In this document: positions 24,001 through 28,072 of the stretch, piece by piece
Numbering within the stretch: the first letter of the stretch is position 1
How the letters are laid out: the number at the start of each line of letters is the position of its first letter
NCBI GenBank assembly: GCA_964368435.1
Contig: CAYJBS010000003.1
Span: 1-55,874 of the forward strand
Direction: 5' to 3'
Source of the DNA: an uncultured Christensenella sp.
Lineage (GTDB): Bacteria; Bacillota; Clostridia; Christensenellales; DTU072
Length of the DNA stretch: 55,874 bases
The notes under the pieces: model-generated
What the model was told of the DNA's origin: nothing
What the model saw: the letters and a program-made list of their open reading frames with translations, nothing else
Databases searched by the model: none
Translations under genes and position numbers: made by a program

Positions 24001-27000
24001 CAGCCAAATAAGCACTGCCGAAGTAGGGACATACACCATTCGCGGCAGGTTGGGACAAATAAACGATCCCAACATAGTTTTTGAGATTGTTGTGATAGAT
24101 CCCAAGCTATACGCCATAGATATCAACGGACAACTCAACCCGAAAGTCTATTATGACAGCTTGACTGCCGGCGTAAACACCTTCGGCGTTCGTCAAGTAG
24201 GCAAGGAGAATGAGGAGAACTTCCTCCCAAGCAACCTGGTACAACTCAGCGTCACCGATAATGGCGGCAATGTTGTTATAGGATACAATGAGTTCGAAAT
24301 AACAGAAAGCTATTGGGACATTGCAAACAAAAAAGTTATATTCACCTGCGTATATACTTTCCTTGACGAGAGTGACGATGTCGAAAGGCTCGCCGGAGGA
24401 TTGGGCGGTAGTCAGCAACTTTACTTTACAGTTTCGCTGCCGCTGAAGACTTATTTGTATTCGGCAATAGACGACACCATGGTACTGCGAGCCGGCAGCA
24501 ATGACGGCACCAATATCCTGAAGTTGACTCTTGGCGAACCACTAAAAATGTCGGATCTCCCCAACGCAATTATGAACTACGGCAGAGAGAACGCTTTCGA
24601 AGTACCTCTGCTTTGGGATTTGCGCACCATAAATGTCAACAAAGCAGGCACCTACAACCTTTTCGGATATTACAGAGATTATACCTCGTCATATCCCAAG
24701 AGCAAGAACCTTGAGGTAGTCATCGACAAGGTTGACATAAGCAGTGCGGTTTCCACGCTGTATTCCTTGACTCAGACGTATACAGGATTGTATATCGAAG
24801 TGGTGCCGGTACTGCCGGATGTGCTGCGAGAGCAAGGCAATTATGCGCAATTACGGCTGGGCAGAGACATAATAGTCGAATATCTGACCGAAGAAAAATA
24901 CATTCTTGAAGCTTTTGAGGAATTCAGCACGACACCGTACAAAGACGCAGGCGCGTATTTTGTCAGAATAACAGTTGAAGATTACAACACCTTCGGACAA
25001 AAAGTCTTCCGTATGCTCATAAATCCTATTGAGATAGACCCGAAAGACATCATATTTGAATACGGCGAAGGCGCACAAGATTGGGCGGTCGAGATTCCCG
25101 AATGGCCCGAAACAGAAGAAGCAAAGAACAGGCTGTTCTTCAATCAGTTCCGCGCCTACGCCAACCAAAATCTCGGCTCTAATGTTTCCGCAAGAGTGCG
25201 CGCGGCGGCTTTTGAGACCTTGAAGGAGAGTGTCGGTTTGACTGCGCAAAAGCTATTGACCGATCGTTATAACACCATATTAGCAAACAACTTCCCGCAA
25301 TACGACACTTCCGATGTCGCCGAAAAAACCACTATTGAGCTTTTAACGAAAGCTATGGTTTGGGAAGAGATCGCTCCATACGGAGTCAGTGGCGAGCTGC
25401 TAGTGCCCGGTTGGCCGAAGAATTCCGACGAAAAACAAGGGCTTTTTGAAGAGGCGAAACAACAGCTGGAAGAAAACAGCGGCGACAAAGAAGCCATGGC
25501 TCAGGCGTATGACAATCTGTTTGCCCTTGTCATAGCTCTGGCACAGGTGCTCTTACAAAACAGATTCGACGAAATACTTCAAACCCGTTTCCCGAACTAT
25601 CACGAGGCAACGGAATCTATGAAGACATTTATGATGATAGAAGCCAAGTCTATCGTGTGGTCCGAAATCACCCCCACCGGTCTAATTGGACAGCCATTAA
25701 TAGCCAACTGGCCGAGAACTATGAATGAAAAAGAACTGATGCTTGATGATGAGTATGAATACCTGCTTAACCTCTCGCTGGCAGGCAGCGAAAGAGAGCT
25801 GTTCATAAAGCAGGTCAAGGCATTGGCATACAACGAGTTGCTTGCCACGGTATACGCCACGGCGCAAACAAAATTGCAAACAAGCCTTGATACGATTCTG
25901 CAGATTTATTATCCGTTATATAACACATACGGCGACGAACAGAAAGCTCTGATTCTTACCGAGGCAAAAAGCCTTGTTTGGGACCAGGTTGTGCCGGGTG
26001 ACACCGTCACAGAAAAGAGCTATGTATATGACGGACAGGACCACATGCCCGTAGTTACGGGTATGCCGCAAGCAAAAATTATCGGTTGGCCACAAACTCC
26101 CGACGAAAAGGCAGCGCTGCTGGACTTTGCGCGTACCGAAAACTCCAACTTCACAGAAATCGAGGTACGGGCAAGGGCATTTGACAACCTTATGCAGCGG
26201 ATATATTCCAACGTTTTTGCCTTGCAGAAAATAACTGATATCTTGAATTTGGTTATTGAGGAATTCTATCCCGCTTACAATTTGCCTTCGACGCCCTATG
26301 AAGAAAGACAGCAGCTGCTCCTTGAAGCAAAAGCAAAGGCGTGGGACTCCAGAATAATTTATGCCGATACGGTGGAGGAGATTTATTATTCCTTCACATA
26401 CTGGTATGCCGACATGAGCAACAACGGCATGATTACCAACACAAGACCGCGTTCGGCAGGCACATATGAAATTACACTTTTGATAGATCCGCTGCTGAAC
26501 CGCAACTACCGTCTAAAAGCCGATGCTGCCATTATGACGACAATCAGCATAAGAATAGCAAATATAGACAAAAACTTCCTGAATGAGATGGTTTATAGCG
26601 GAACGGCTATTATGCCCGAATGCCCGGGAATGCACGACGAAAACGGCGATCTGCCCGAAGGCGTCAGCATAGAATATACGTATATAAAAGACGGCAGAGC
26701 AGTAGAGTACATAAGAGATGTCGGTCAATATTTCTTCACCGCTGTCGTAAACGGCGGCAACAACTATCCTTCGTGGCAAAGCGAATCACTACTCATAAAC
26801 ATATTGAAGAAGGACTTGATTATTGATGTCGGTTTGGTCGAAAGCGGCTATCTTGAAAAGACGAAAGCCTTCAACAGCAGCGTAACTTTTGACGGTGTAG
26901 TAGGCAATGATTTGCCCTCGATGTTCGGTTATTTGGTTTGCAACAGCCCTGTCACCGACAAACATATGGTAGGTGATTATGATATCACTTTCCAAGGCTT

Positions 27001-27934
27001 CAAGTACTCCTATGACGACGAAAAGATATATTACCTAAACGCCGCTATACCTGCAGACGATGTGCTTACAATGAACGCAACACTCTTCGAAAACTATAAC
27101 ATAACCGTCATAAACGGCACCTATAGAATCAAAAAAGCCAACGAGAATGCCGTCATCATAAATGACAGAGCAGAACTTGACGCGCATTATAACGCTTTGC
27201 CAGAGGGCAATTCCGTCATCTGGTATCTTGCGGAAGGAAACTTCGGTGACCTAGTCATAAACAAGAACGTGGGTATCACTATCATAGGTTGCTATGACGT
27301 CAACGCCGTCTTTGAGACCTTCGAAAACGTCGAGGACAATCACGAAAGAACTATGAGCATCATAAAATCCGATGCCAAACACGTGGTGACAATCTTTGAA
27401 AGCGTAGTCATAAACAGAGGCGCGCTGACGCTGGATATAGTTAAGATCGGCGGCAAAATCAACAAGCAATCGATTTTTGTCGGCGCGGGTGCGTCTGCGG
27501 TAGAAGTAAGAAGAAGTTCACTTGTCCATACCGAAGTATTCGGTGACGGCGGTGTTTCGATACCTCAGAACGCAAGCGCAATATATTCTTCGCCCTCGTT
27601 CAAAGACTTGCTCAGAATAGACAGAACTTATGTCGAAGGTTTCACCACAGCGGTATACCTGAACGGCGCCGGTTCTTTGGAAGTAGTCAACAGCAGGTTT
27701 AACCGCAACACCATAACCGCAATACGATGCTACAACAATACAGTACACATAGAAGGCAGCCGTTTCGAGTTCACGGGAGAGAATGCGCTATATCTGGAAA
27801 TGATAGATTATACCGTCATAAACAGCTCCTTCATGAGTAACAGAGTAGCCATAAAATCTCTGACCTCGAACACCTATGACTTGTGGCTGGAGAACACATT
27901 CGTAAACAACGTAAAGGACATAGTCGCACTATAA
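8936..27934 (+). CDS. Giant predicted lipoprotein, 6,332 aa, with a mosaic of Ig-like modules, long helical tracts, 4 tandem repeats, an MBG-like region and a C-terminal parallel beta-helix; function unknown
   Basis: The GTG start at 8936 sits 7 nt after GGAGG (8924-8928). The ORF-track TTG at 8798 would overlap the upstream ORF by 108 nt and adds no signal-like sequence. The frame is uninterrupted for 18,999 nt to TAA at 27932-27934. The N terminus is VKRTTKTIVLIVLTVILALTLLAC, followed by the Pro/Thr tether APKTGLPTPLPDEVGPTTP. There is no C-terminal LPXTG or TM segment. Confidence 0.85.
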   Translation: MKRTTKTIVLIVLTVILALTLLACAPKTGLPTPLPDEVGPTTPIFNINKNQLMRKISDGMLVGAERIEDSQETYVSSVYTIHTGYINYTIDYKANYASRRQNSQIYVKVFDNNYHMNRIFIYYNKGDLFLQSQGEKHSIPDFGSTNMFDLFFELVTIFDMSGTFIGQTMSDLFNPDNIGANLSPLVDQSRMKYIKVTDTAESIEIRDVNLNYGQIKIQVNDMIKNTFEKFERKFDLLSLKYLGLRISDLAILEIATMTGDFINVRLDKQGVETVIFEASGDMADGINTFDIDMTVVAREGKGEIKIDPTENPYTNTYPEMLMGRYNYGGTLFVPFFDMTYDATLRTILSSTDNTVNQVLFTIDSVNEEMGGLFYKDQMLYVDISGMSRQLNGAIELDKLNLPKVKFEGINLAQEITLLINDVLKIVQSFRQDDDYGENEELMQLVLDNIYSDEKTNTISINITKELIQQLYGEDIDLVDLLAQKLKVDRALIAQILGDNALENAVLVLSYNVENGDIGVDLYDGDFLVFQLRLSVIDPLPGDNLVYPESFNPDYFYWLEIPDNTILSIDGSLSMQQVSKVQFDQLFGALFGDITGLNTPYTLYSNEVLNFSLDVMQVYSYAENASGDNERTIEQVMKFEIFKKEVLQLGVYSSSDPNYLLVNFNVPIGPSGSDKDGIPYKQSALKYRIERQKVKDAFNELLGEDNIFVMENIMDVLSKLLSSVRDSKSMQLRFINSSLAFNLISDTVKEIIGIDNLNALLQARVRFAVTAEEYLDIKNIESQFSTPNVRPLENHTFESIYKTQWHEFVYSYFGDNLMRLKLTFLPGSVKIVSGKYFYQPRAKILDVISTYYVTILDGDNGIKIVEAVLDPDTPRNKDAALSATHPMSIDPSTTSTLPGRISVLYDDGTFGDVEYIIEGFDISNITISGMPRAEYWLIIGKESVAEKSFYIAVQVLGRVIVPLSEVIKGEVVYMKSDEGVPVVAEVTVDPYSYAIRKAENPLWSPLPSSLILSFESPDGIEDGDIIPITNIDWDFDFFNIQYNGGVFYSHTMFNNLPIALKLNVKSKIVSYLRFVDSVNLNLPIDERPYSEAIGQYTVDVLQTETYTFPTSSTGTQELRLYYEDGTYRIIGNRDHTLDDLNYYKNYLPLILQWKHKEVNENSVRLVGTKAPLGIEDKNINTTTIGNEGFTIGTQSISLNVLMPTRAEASIGNAGSIFAITAYGRLGDGSYNFEAPVKEMTSYSNSAFSSNQALGQFFDFNPYNQKPLPNKVYLDVIQGGETRVQRKAYDIKWEESDVLMARHTYNGVGQIIYTDYILRNVSTDEEHLLVTGTLGDGKHTISVRMIVRNLDALYQDITFEGMETNETRKTVDPYLAYNFPSYYTLMLKNGTEIKVEDVKWFIVLQPGQNWMLQLYGRSYHWIYDYLQYLEDLSQGNPVGSLDDIIPDGFSVPTAEELDYFRLLLEKGEIPIDNKYVFSYLGGNYNIKSYVEATDTVIAQEVSLSLTVISRNVLLVDTDNGYTRLDIYNTDDSQPAELYSLDTYLAESTTMLSRLEYLRRYNDEYDRTIRRINNLLTDRRRENPELSNVVLNANVYDEYKYISSVTEQALLVSHYNNVYGQYPNSPEEELKFFALQSYMSEKTVTINKARTGIYFGDNPETSMNKYLLNVRWTNLDEIITTLQNSSGAALGIKLEGYLGYGQINQQLVRIPFKITRREVTTFSFNRLNTGDSELLTVDYRYVYISDEAEAVSMINTISDNVLFDNDIPQHQKSKTIFDRLYGISLDIDRLIMEEVEQIIYNADEETRYALILEEIIRLRTENIRKVFINLKKPMGLTQDDGDGNMVFLAPGEYFYEVLSQVSLEFNADRSTAGYFAPRFILGNGDTLTLQKKDFDEKLLLPVIKETDPMTGLEYAVIDILLTHLSAGSCEYPVTVRFRAIVDSKDVEDGRPTESEIDPFDENGNIRFTQGYKLPERITINYRYSQAVTFKIPVGDQTGSWRINGEVLENGTIPKEQINVLNPSILDYTTILPCSQGEFTYHISFPQKYIGKTRYNAQAEDRAFQALDIQSGIIEIDNIYEIYDPSKPNGFDITKLPHIINPYTYESGEVTFDTGDDVIETFFSITSNNAYSVEWTLANEWINRKIDHNGTTVIIDGELSVEPVLFATAKLDSYFYLSSNVTRQLNQEIELYIKVKPLANPIIEFEGLIDYSDNNYISFDPYDDPNNYGGNLVLPKNGLTVYFNNNLNDSHTFDARAILSYEMLMADSTNIVRAHLYDALMKRSNTSDVEKRAYLKTQLSSIISAYAAGMNISIAQATENIYSAAFDAVLESGSMLQAERQEQRTFLIDFASSLLSTHYGFSDSAAWLKLMQINGSESAKSAIIMDYIRTLSGFNEVGIIRDLSALYAAYNFFLSGASQAEKQGIVSMYLAAFSATQKASITALLETRDLYSGERMLALETINQQGGIPDQMQRYAQIFDLVMEMVSVNSRLDILRLALAESSFCQLIASSTTETKENVSKALLFIELAAVVQSRTDYLGAMSMSMARAMNGWISSEDTFAYMWQRHIAATIERADYLSLKTLVETYMSVASAMSINRTKEIVFSRLINVYDYNETDMQNYFGSSGDEIAARMLQMAVSNAQTQLQDWQIQRAKSAVWQSITAAFTDDGILARVLNGENDTENTGRIDTVAVNALAYERLRLSQYLPIFEARLNALEDQIVDPNQEQRRAAIYRALYDESSLDEKVILAELMAASYYSVSDTQSLVGAVPYTQAGHSVVEIDSNILYLILYLPDGQTINVTLNIFSREIKEVMVPNTITNETGGEVKTAQINIPNIYYIDPYNSETFRLPSKAEFVFETGYNLVLDINEWLDYDNNVFYTRGQSFDENAIYYYNLTENSYRGGHYTLKSYLTYGIGVNAERQLFEIQIIVLNRTLKQQYTESFDFENPIAGRRQDIPSKLTNDMFVGIDVYYKNFIAPEYYYSNFGTPVVPQIDWSKTSYNESGLNDSDILVSGGFDINVLGYLYYDNNLLIKTYQQIWQALYNQFAATTKPLAWEKFFEIMVSGERVVKTIFAGEAAVQIKALDDLIYDELYIQAYKNTVKNANVDLLGKIQNLMETLRNNNIGLIADESSELWYIVYYQDLEAKAKNSTLSEMEAEVWSALYSTYVSEEITTISLLRAQKWDELFAMAGIWQAQQKQTALSYLDQAYNVYRDFMLVSTWETLESVATFKEAVVMSEIVERLRQLYGSIEQAKIRGWDFLRNDDRTKGIIGETAQVNITAKSWDFNEIRNMIDEIISEITFNAFTKTSNDNTFKVTFEVLNTLLIERLNEALNDTILAYYDDYRDDALDLFKQMLMDIALEEVNAVDQANDGLNGNARKEQNWDDLFDIRTYEATSPIDDTRADVEASGTTEQYARDMIVWQRLLEGAGEWLDEMTQIYIDTGLLGVPDYQRYYYAVDTYRALRVSVFTEEMNQLLSKAYFNESHNAWNTVSMNPQGYGETAASIEYILLKDVLREAWMALEGYSTAQQVSAMRSHLNSSAYGVLQYSRGWISYYNSLSIPDAARKSLMDDLRLYYYGFDTTTGQYAGYGAIYDYISLHPESIGETLEELNSLKAVIAAEMAGEKMQSIVVETIRRFFNYSAAMTDIYQIYLDDLKRDAWAYLIERKLYPAEMVALLPDSVLKPVAWNLLYAMREQTATDEHALIDGYFNSIAADLIDQQAKDAYDYLLALNAGTVDEDRQNDILNGLDSDAIKTVLWQELFAVSEGSDKLSMESTLNQVIREGKVSGIDAESISWNRLLDKNETSPARKALMSEMYETYTKARAFELYVIEKHEESSQTEDDLLDYYIQSYKKSKVWEELNNEANLERQLLMDDIIMAIEHADENIRRAMSLDVLVGLVPEEADIIYLRVQTTQLEYGNNEIKQQIKSIEWDTYYSAASTQRRQAMDVILNNYSNILKIIDRKAAALDDSSFHNLIGATESQALEDRLRTQFDALLETFFYVKTYDDLYTSTFTAELDDCYDYVYQRFLVMHYDGDVEKIDVDTIKKHALLRLRELHRKESMDYYNGILQSGLAAYVVSYKALAWQRYYDYNLENNEERAEAMDSILHGAVTSIMDTLQAEALDRLYQALAEDATSRITATEENLISTIKQNELWISLFGEDLDALKDMLGDILPIDDNNLTLKDEAWQTLMSLLNQRSTYFTLLLVQKTQTLEQYPQQTQDYRDTSSWDALYQLGVPGLAQLMDEVLATYGLFGDSNKHLAFRDLEIMLTTDHTHLDRMEMMRALVFGENTQLSEKEINAQAFDRTCANYVAIASRLEEAVLDIKHNAWQVFVAENSGNVLLISLFEEMYVLELLYQNNDEKRAATVCWDRFVNMTVNIEETLASADQRYSEDELRAFSIGCILDLLGGDERAVLQNALDEIVINYTADQLCAMVYDIVYSASIPVEKAAMKQLYDIQASGGGTVEAIKMRTLNAYKAQKSQNATSVIDDAYETLSDSEKTALFAAFHTPTISDPIEVYTLDLAEQYWNGGKIDTAYGRINIFWDLEVLEDGGDIAKIFIGNAYKAIDNVDNEFNYQTNVFEVNNFIYKNRQIIIEKLDFYGELNIYSGEEVIDVANYYNQLVIDPLSPYIPQKVAAYGSITGVTPNVEIDGELYSYIGEVDVSFESRINEFLYDDEGVAGESMTATVSPGLGEGSQNITITVYYLNRQPITYYVNNQDYTVEMLDEDLNLYPLSMNIGDNKVLTVDPLNDNIYNTNTNKYILPNSLVVMFTDAYADGVISTLFMNGVFNNRLDISGINWNLMGKSITLAGIAPSNISIDGYTVDNQNIVSTAQMNSDFWKIQLDVLEKEVDRTLEVNQQGQGGIILASQSGGLLTATKKIDPYNVMVSFPDHVRVEFTDGSESKLLTNISWQFAEGRGLEYLQLPEVITGAIGESAMFITAGFKCVSETIWINFPIQKRHIDISVEGSEEIRYLEGGTIYLIKGVDLMTQLNKYSSLYYNFADYGQPEDWSEVPLEFLPNDVSQISTAEVGTYTIRGRLGQINDPNIVFEIVVIDPKLYAIDINGQLNPKVYYDSLTAGVNTFGVRQVGKENEENFLPSNLVQLSVTDNGGNVVIGYNEFEITESYWDIANKKVIFTCVYTFLDESDDVERLAGGLGGSQQLYFTVSLPLKTYLYSAIDDTMVLRAGSNDGTNILKLTLGEPLKMSDLPNAIMNYGRENAFEVPLLWDLRTINVNKAGTYNLFGYYRDYTSSYPKSKNLEVVIDKVDISSAVSTLYSLTQTYTGLYIEVVPVLPDVLREQGNYAQLRLGRDIIVEYLTEEKYILEAFEEFSTTPYKDAGAYFVRITVEDYNTFGQKVFRMLINPIEIDPKDIIFEYGEGAQDWAVEIPEWPETEEAKNRLFFNQFRAYANQNLGSNVSARVRAAAFETLKESVGLTAQKLLTDRYNTILANNFPQYDTSDVAEKTTIELLTKAMVWEEIAPYGVSGELLVPGWPKNSDEKQGLFEEAKQQLEENSGDKEAMAQAYDNLFALVIALAQVLLQNRFDEILQTRFPNYHEATESMKTFMMIEAKSIVWSEITPTGLIGQPLIANWPRTMNEKELMLDDEYEYLLNLSLAGSERELFIKQVKALAYNELLATVYATAQTKLQTSLDTILQIYYPLYNTYGDEQKALILTEAKSLVWDQVVPGDTVTEKSYVYDGQDHMPVVTGMPQAKIIGWPQTPDEKAALLDFARTENSNFTEIEVRARAFDNLMQRIYSNVFALQKITDILNLVIEEFYPAYNLPSTPYEERQQLLLEAKAKAWDSRIIYADTVEEIYYSFTYWYADMSNNGMITNTRPRSAGTYEITLLIDPLLNRNYRLKADAAIMTTISIRIANIDKNFLNEMVYSGTAIMPECPGMHDENGDLPEGVSIEYTYIKDGRAVEYIRDVGQYFFTAVVNGGNNYPSWQSESLLINILKKDLIIDVGLVESGYLEKTKAFNSSVTFDGVVGNDLPSMFGYLVCNSPVTDKHMVGDYDITFQGFKYSYDDEKIYYLNAAIPADDVLTMNATLFENYNITVINGTYRIKKANENAVIINDRAELDAHYNALPEGNSVIWYLAEGNFGDLVINKNVGITIIGCYDVNAVFETFENVEDNHERTMSIIKSDAKHVVTIFESVVINRGALTLDIVKIGGKINKQSIFVGAGASAVEVRRSSLVHTEVFGDGGVSIPQNASAIYSSPSFKDLLRIDRTYVEGFTTAVYLNGAGSLEVVNSRFNRNTITAIRCYNNTVHIEGSRFEFTGENALYLEMIDYTVINSSFMSNRVAIKSLTSNTYDLWLENTFVNNVKDIVAL
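15690..17200 (+). other. Presumed alpha-helical tract A of the 6,332-aa protein (~500 aa)
   Basis: Composition was judged by eye: rich in A/L/E/Q/S/R/Y and poor in G/P. It carries motif instances such as EKRAYLKTQL, YMWQRHI, AVWQSIT, NALAYERL and RRAAIYRALYDE. Boundaries are approximate. Confidence 0.4.
18020..22520 (+). other. Presumed alpha-helical tract B of the 6,332-aa protein (~1,500 aa), punctuated by Trp motifs
   Basis: This is a continuous A/L/E/Q/D/Y-rich sequence without DP[YF]..LP modules. By eye there are at least 20 W-[DEQN]-x-[LFIY] sites, including QIWQALY, QKWDELF, QNWDDLF, VLWQELF, KVWEELN, LAWQRYY, SSWDALY and VCWDRFV. Boundaries are approximate. Confidence 0.45.
25091..26365 (+). 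repeat. Four diverged tandem protein repeats (~99-126 aa each) inside the 6,332-aa ORF
   Basis: The conserved Trp codons of the W-P anchor lie at 25103, 25412, 25709 and 26087, giving periods of 309, 297 and 378 nt. Each unit reads [IV]-x-x-WP-x-[TN]-x-[DEN]-EK ... A-x-A-[FY]-[ED]-[TN]-L ... AQ..L ... IL...[FY]P.Y ... E[KR]....L.EAK..VW[EDS]. The repeat is visible at protein level only; the DNA has diverged. Confidence 0.8.
26378..27140 (+). other. MBG-like (YGX-type adhesin-associated) region
   Basis: The motifs YVYDGQDHMPVVTG (just upstream, ~26020-26065), MVYSGTAIMPECPG, RSAGTYEITLL..NRNYRL and ENYNITVINGTYRIKKA resemble the Y-x-Y-[DS]-G ... AG-x-Y ... NY-x-[IL] ... G-x-[LY]-x-I pattern of MBG domains. 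The assignment is by memory of that pattern only. Confidence 0.4.
27150..27931 (+). other. C-terminal right-handed parallel beta-helix (PbH1-type) repeats
   Basis: Coils of ~22-25 aa recur: LEVVNSRFNRNTITAIRCYNNTVHIEGSRFEF, ALYLEMIDYTVINSSFMSNRVAIKS and YDLWLENTFVNNVKD. This fits the v.i.NS.F..N..aI pattern typical of pectate-lyase-fold PbH1 repeats. Confidence 0.6.
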
Positions 27935-27942
27935 TATAGGCT

Positions 27943-27975
27943 TTGTCACCCCAAAGTCTATATTTTGGGCGACAA
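27943..27975 (+). terminator. Imperfect hairpin just after the giant ORF stop; weak terminator or RNA-processing candidate
   Basis: TTGTCACCCCAAA (27943-27955) pairs with TTTGGGCGACAA (27964-27975) across an 8-nt loop, with one mismatch and one bulge. No U-tract follows, hence the low confidence. Confidence 0.3.
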
Positions 27976-28019
27976 ATCCTCGGAAATAAATAACAATATG
28001 ATATTGGAGAACAACAAAA

Positions 28020-28049
28020 TTGACACCAAGAAACGCACTATTATATAAT
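28020..28049 (+). promoter_or_regulatory. Sigma-A-type promoter for the metallopeptidase-dockerin operon
   Basis: TTGACA (28020-28025), an 18-nt spacer, then TATAAT (28044-28049); both hexamers match consensus. GGAGG (28063-28067) and ATG (28073) follow closely, implying a short 5' UTR. Confidence 0.6.
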
Positions 28050-28072
28050 ATGATTACAAAAAGGAGGCGAGC

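Noticed and set aside
25091-26365. The tandem repeat could be an assembly artefact or a recent DNA-level duplication.
   Set aside because: The four units are similar only at protein level, and the unit lengths differ (309, 297 and 378 nt). The codons at conserved residues also differ: the Pro after the anchor Trp is CCC in unit 1, CCG in units 2 and 3 and CCA in unit 4. Collapse or expansion by an assembler is therefore unlikely.
3-27934. The giant ORFs could be NRPS/PKS megasynthases, RHS/YD polymorphic toxins, RTX adhesins or phage tail fibres.
   Set aside because: On reading I found no adenylation, condensation, ketosynthase or carrier-protein motifs, no YD repeats, no GGxGxD nonapeptides, no C-terminal toxin-like module and no flanking phage genes. 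The lipoprotein signal and Ig-like/helical mosaic point instead to a surface structural protein.
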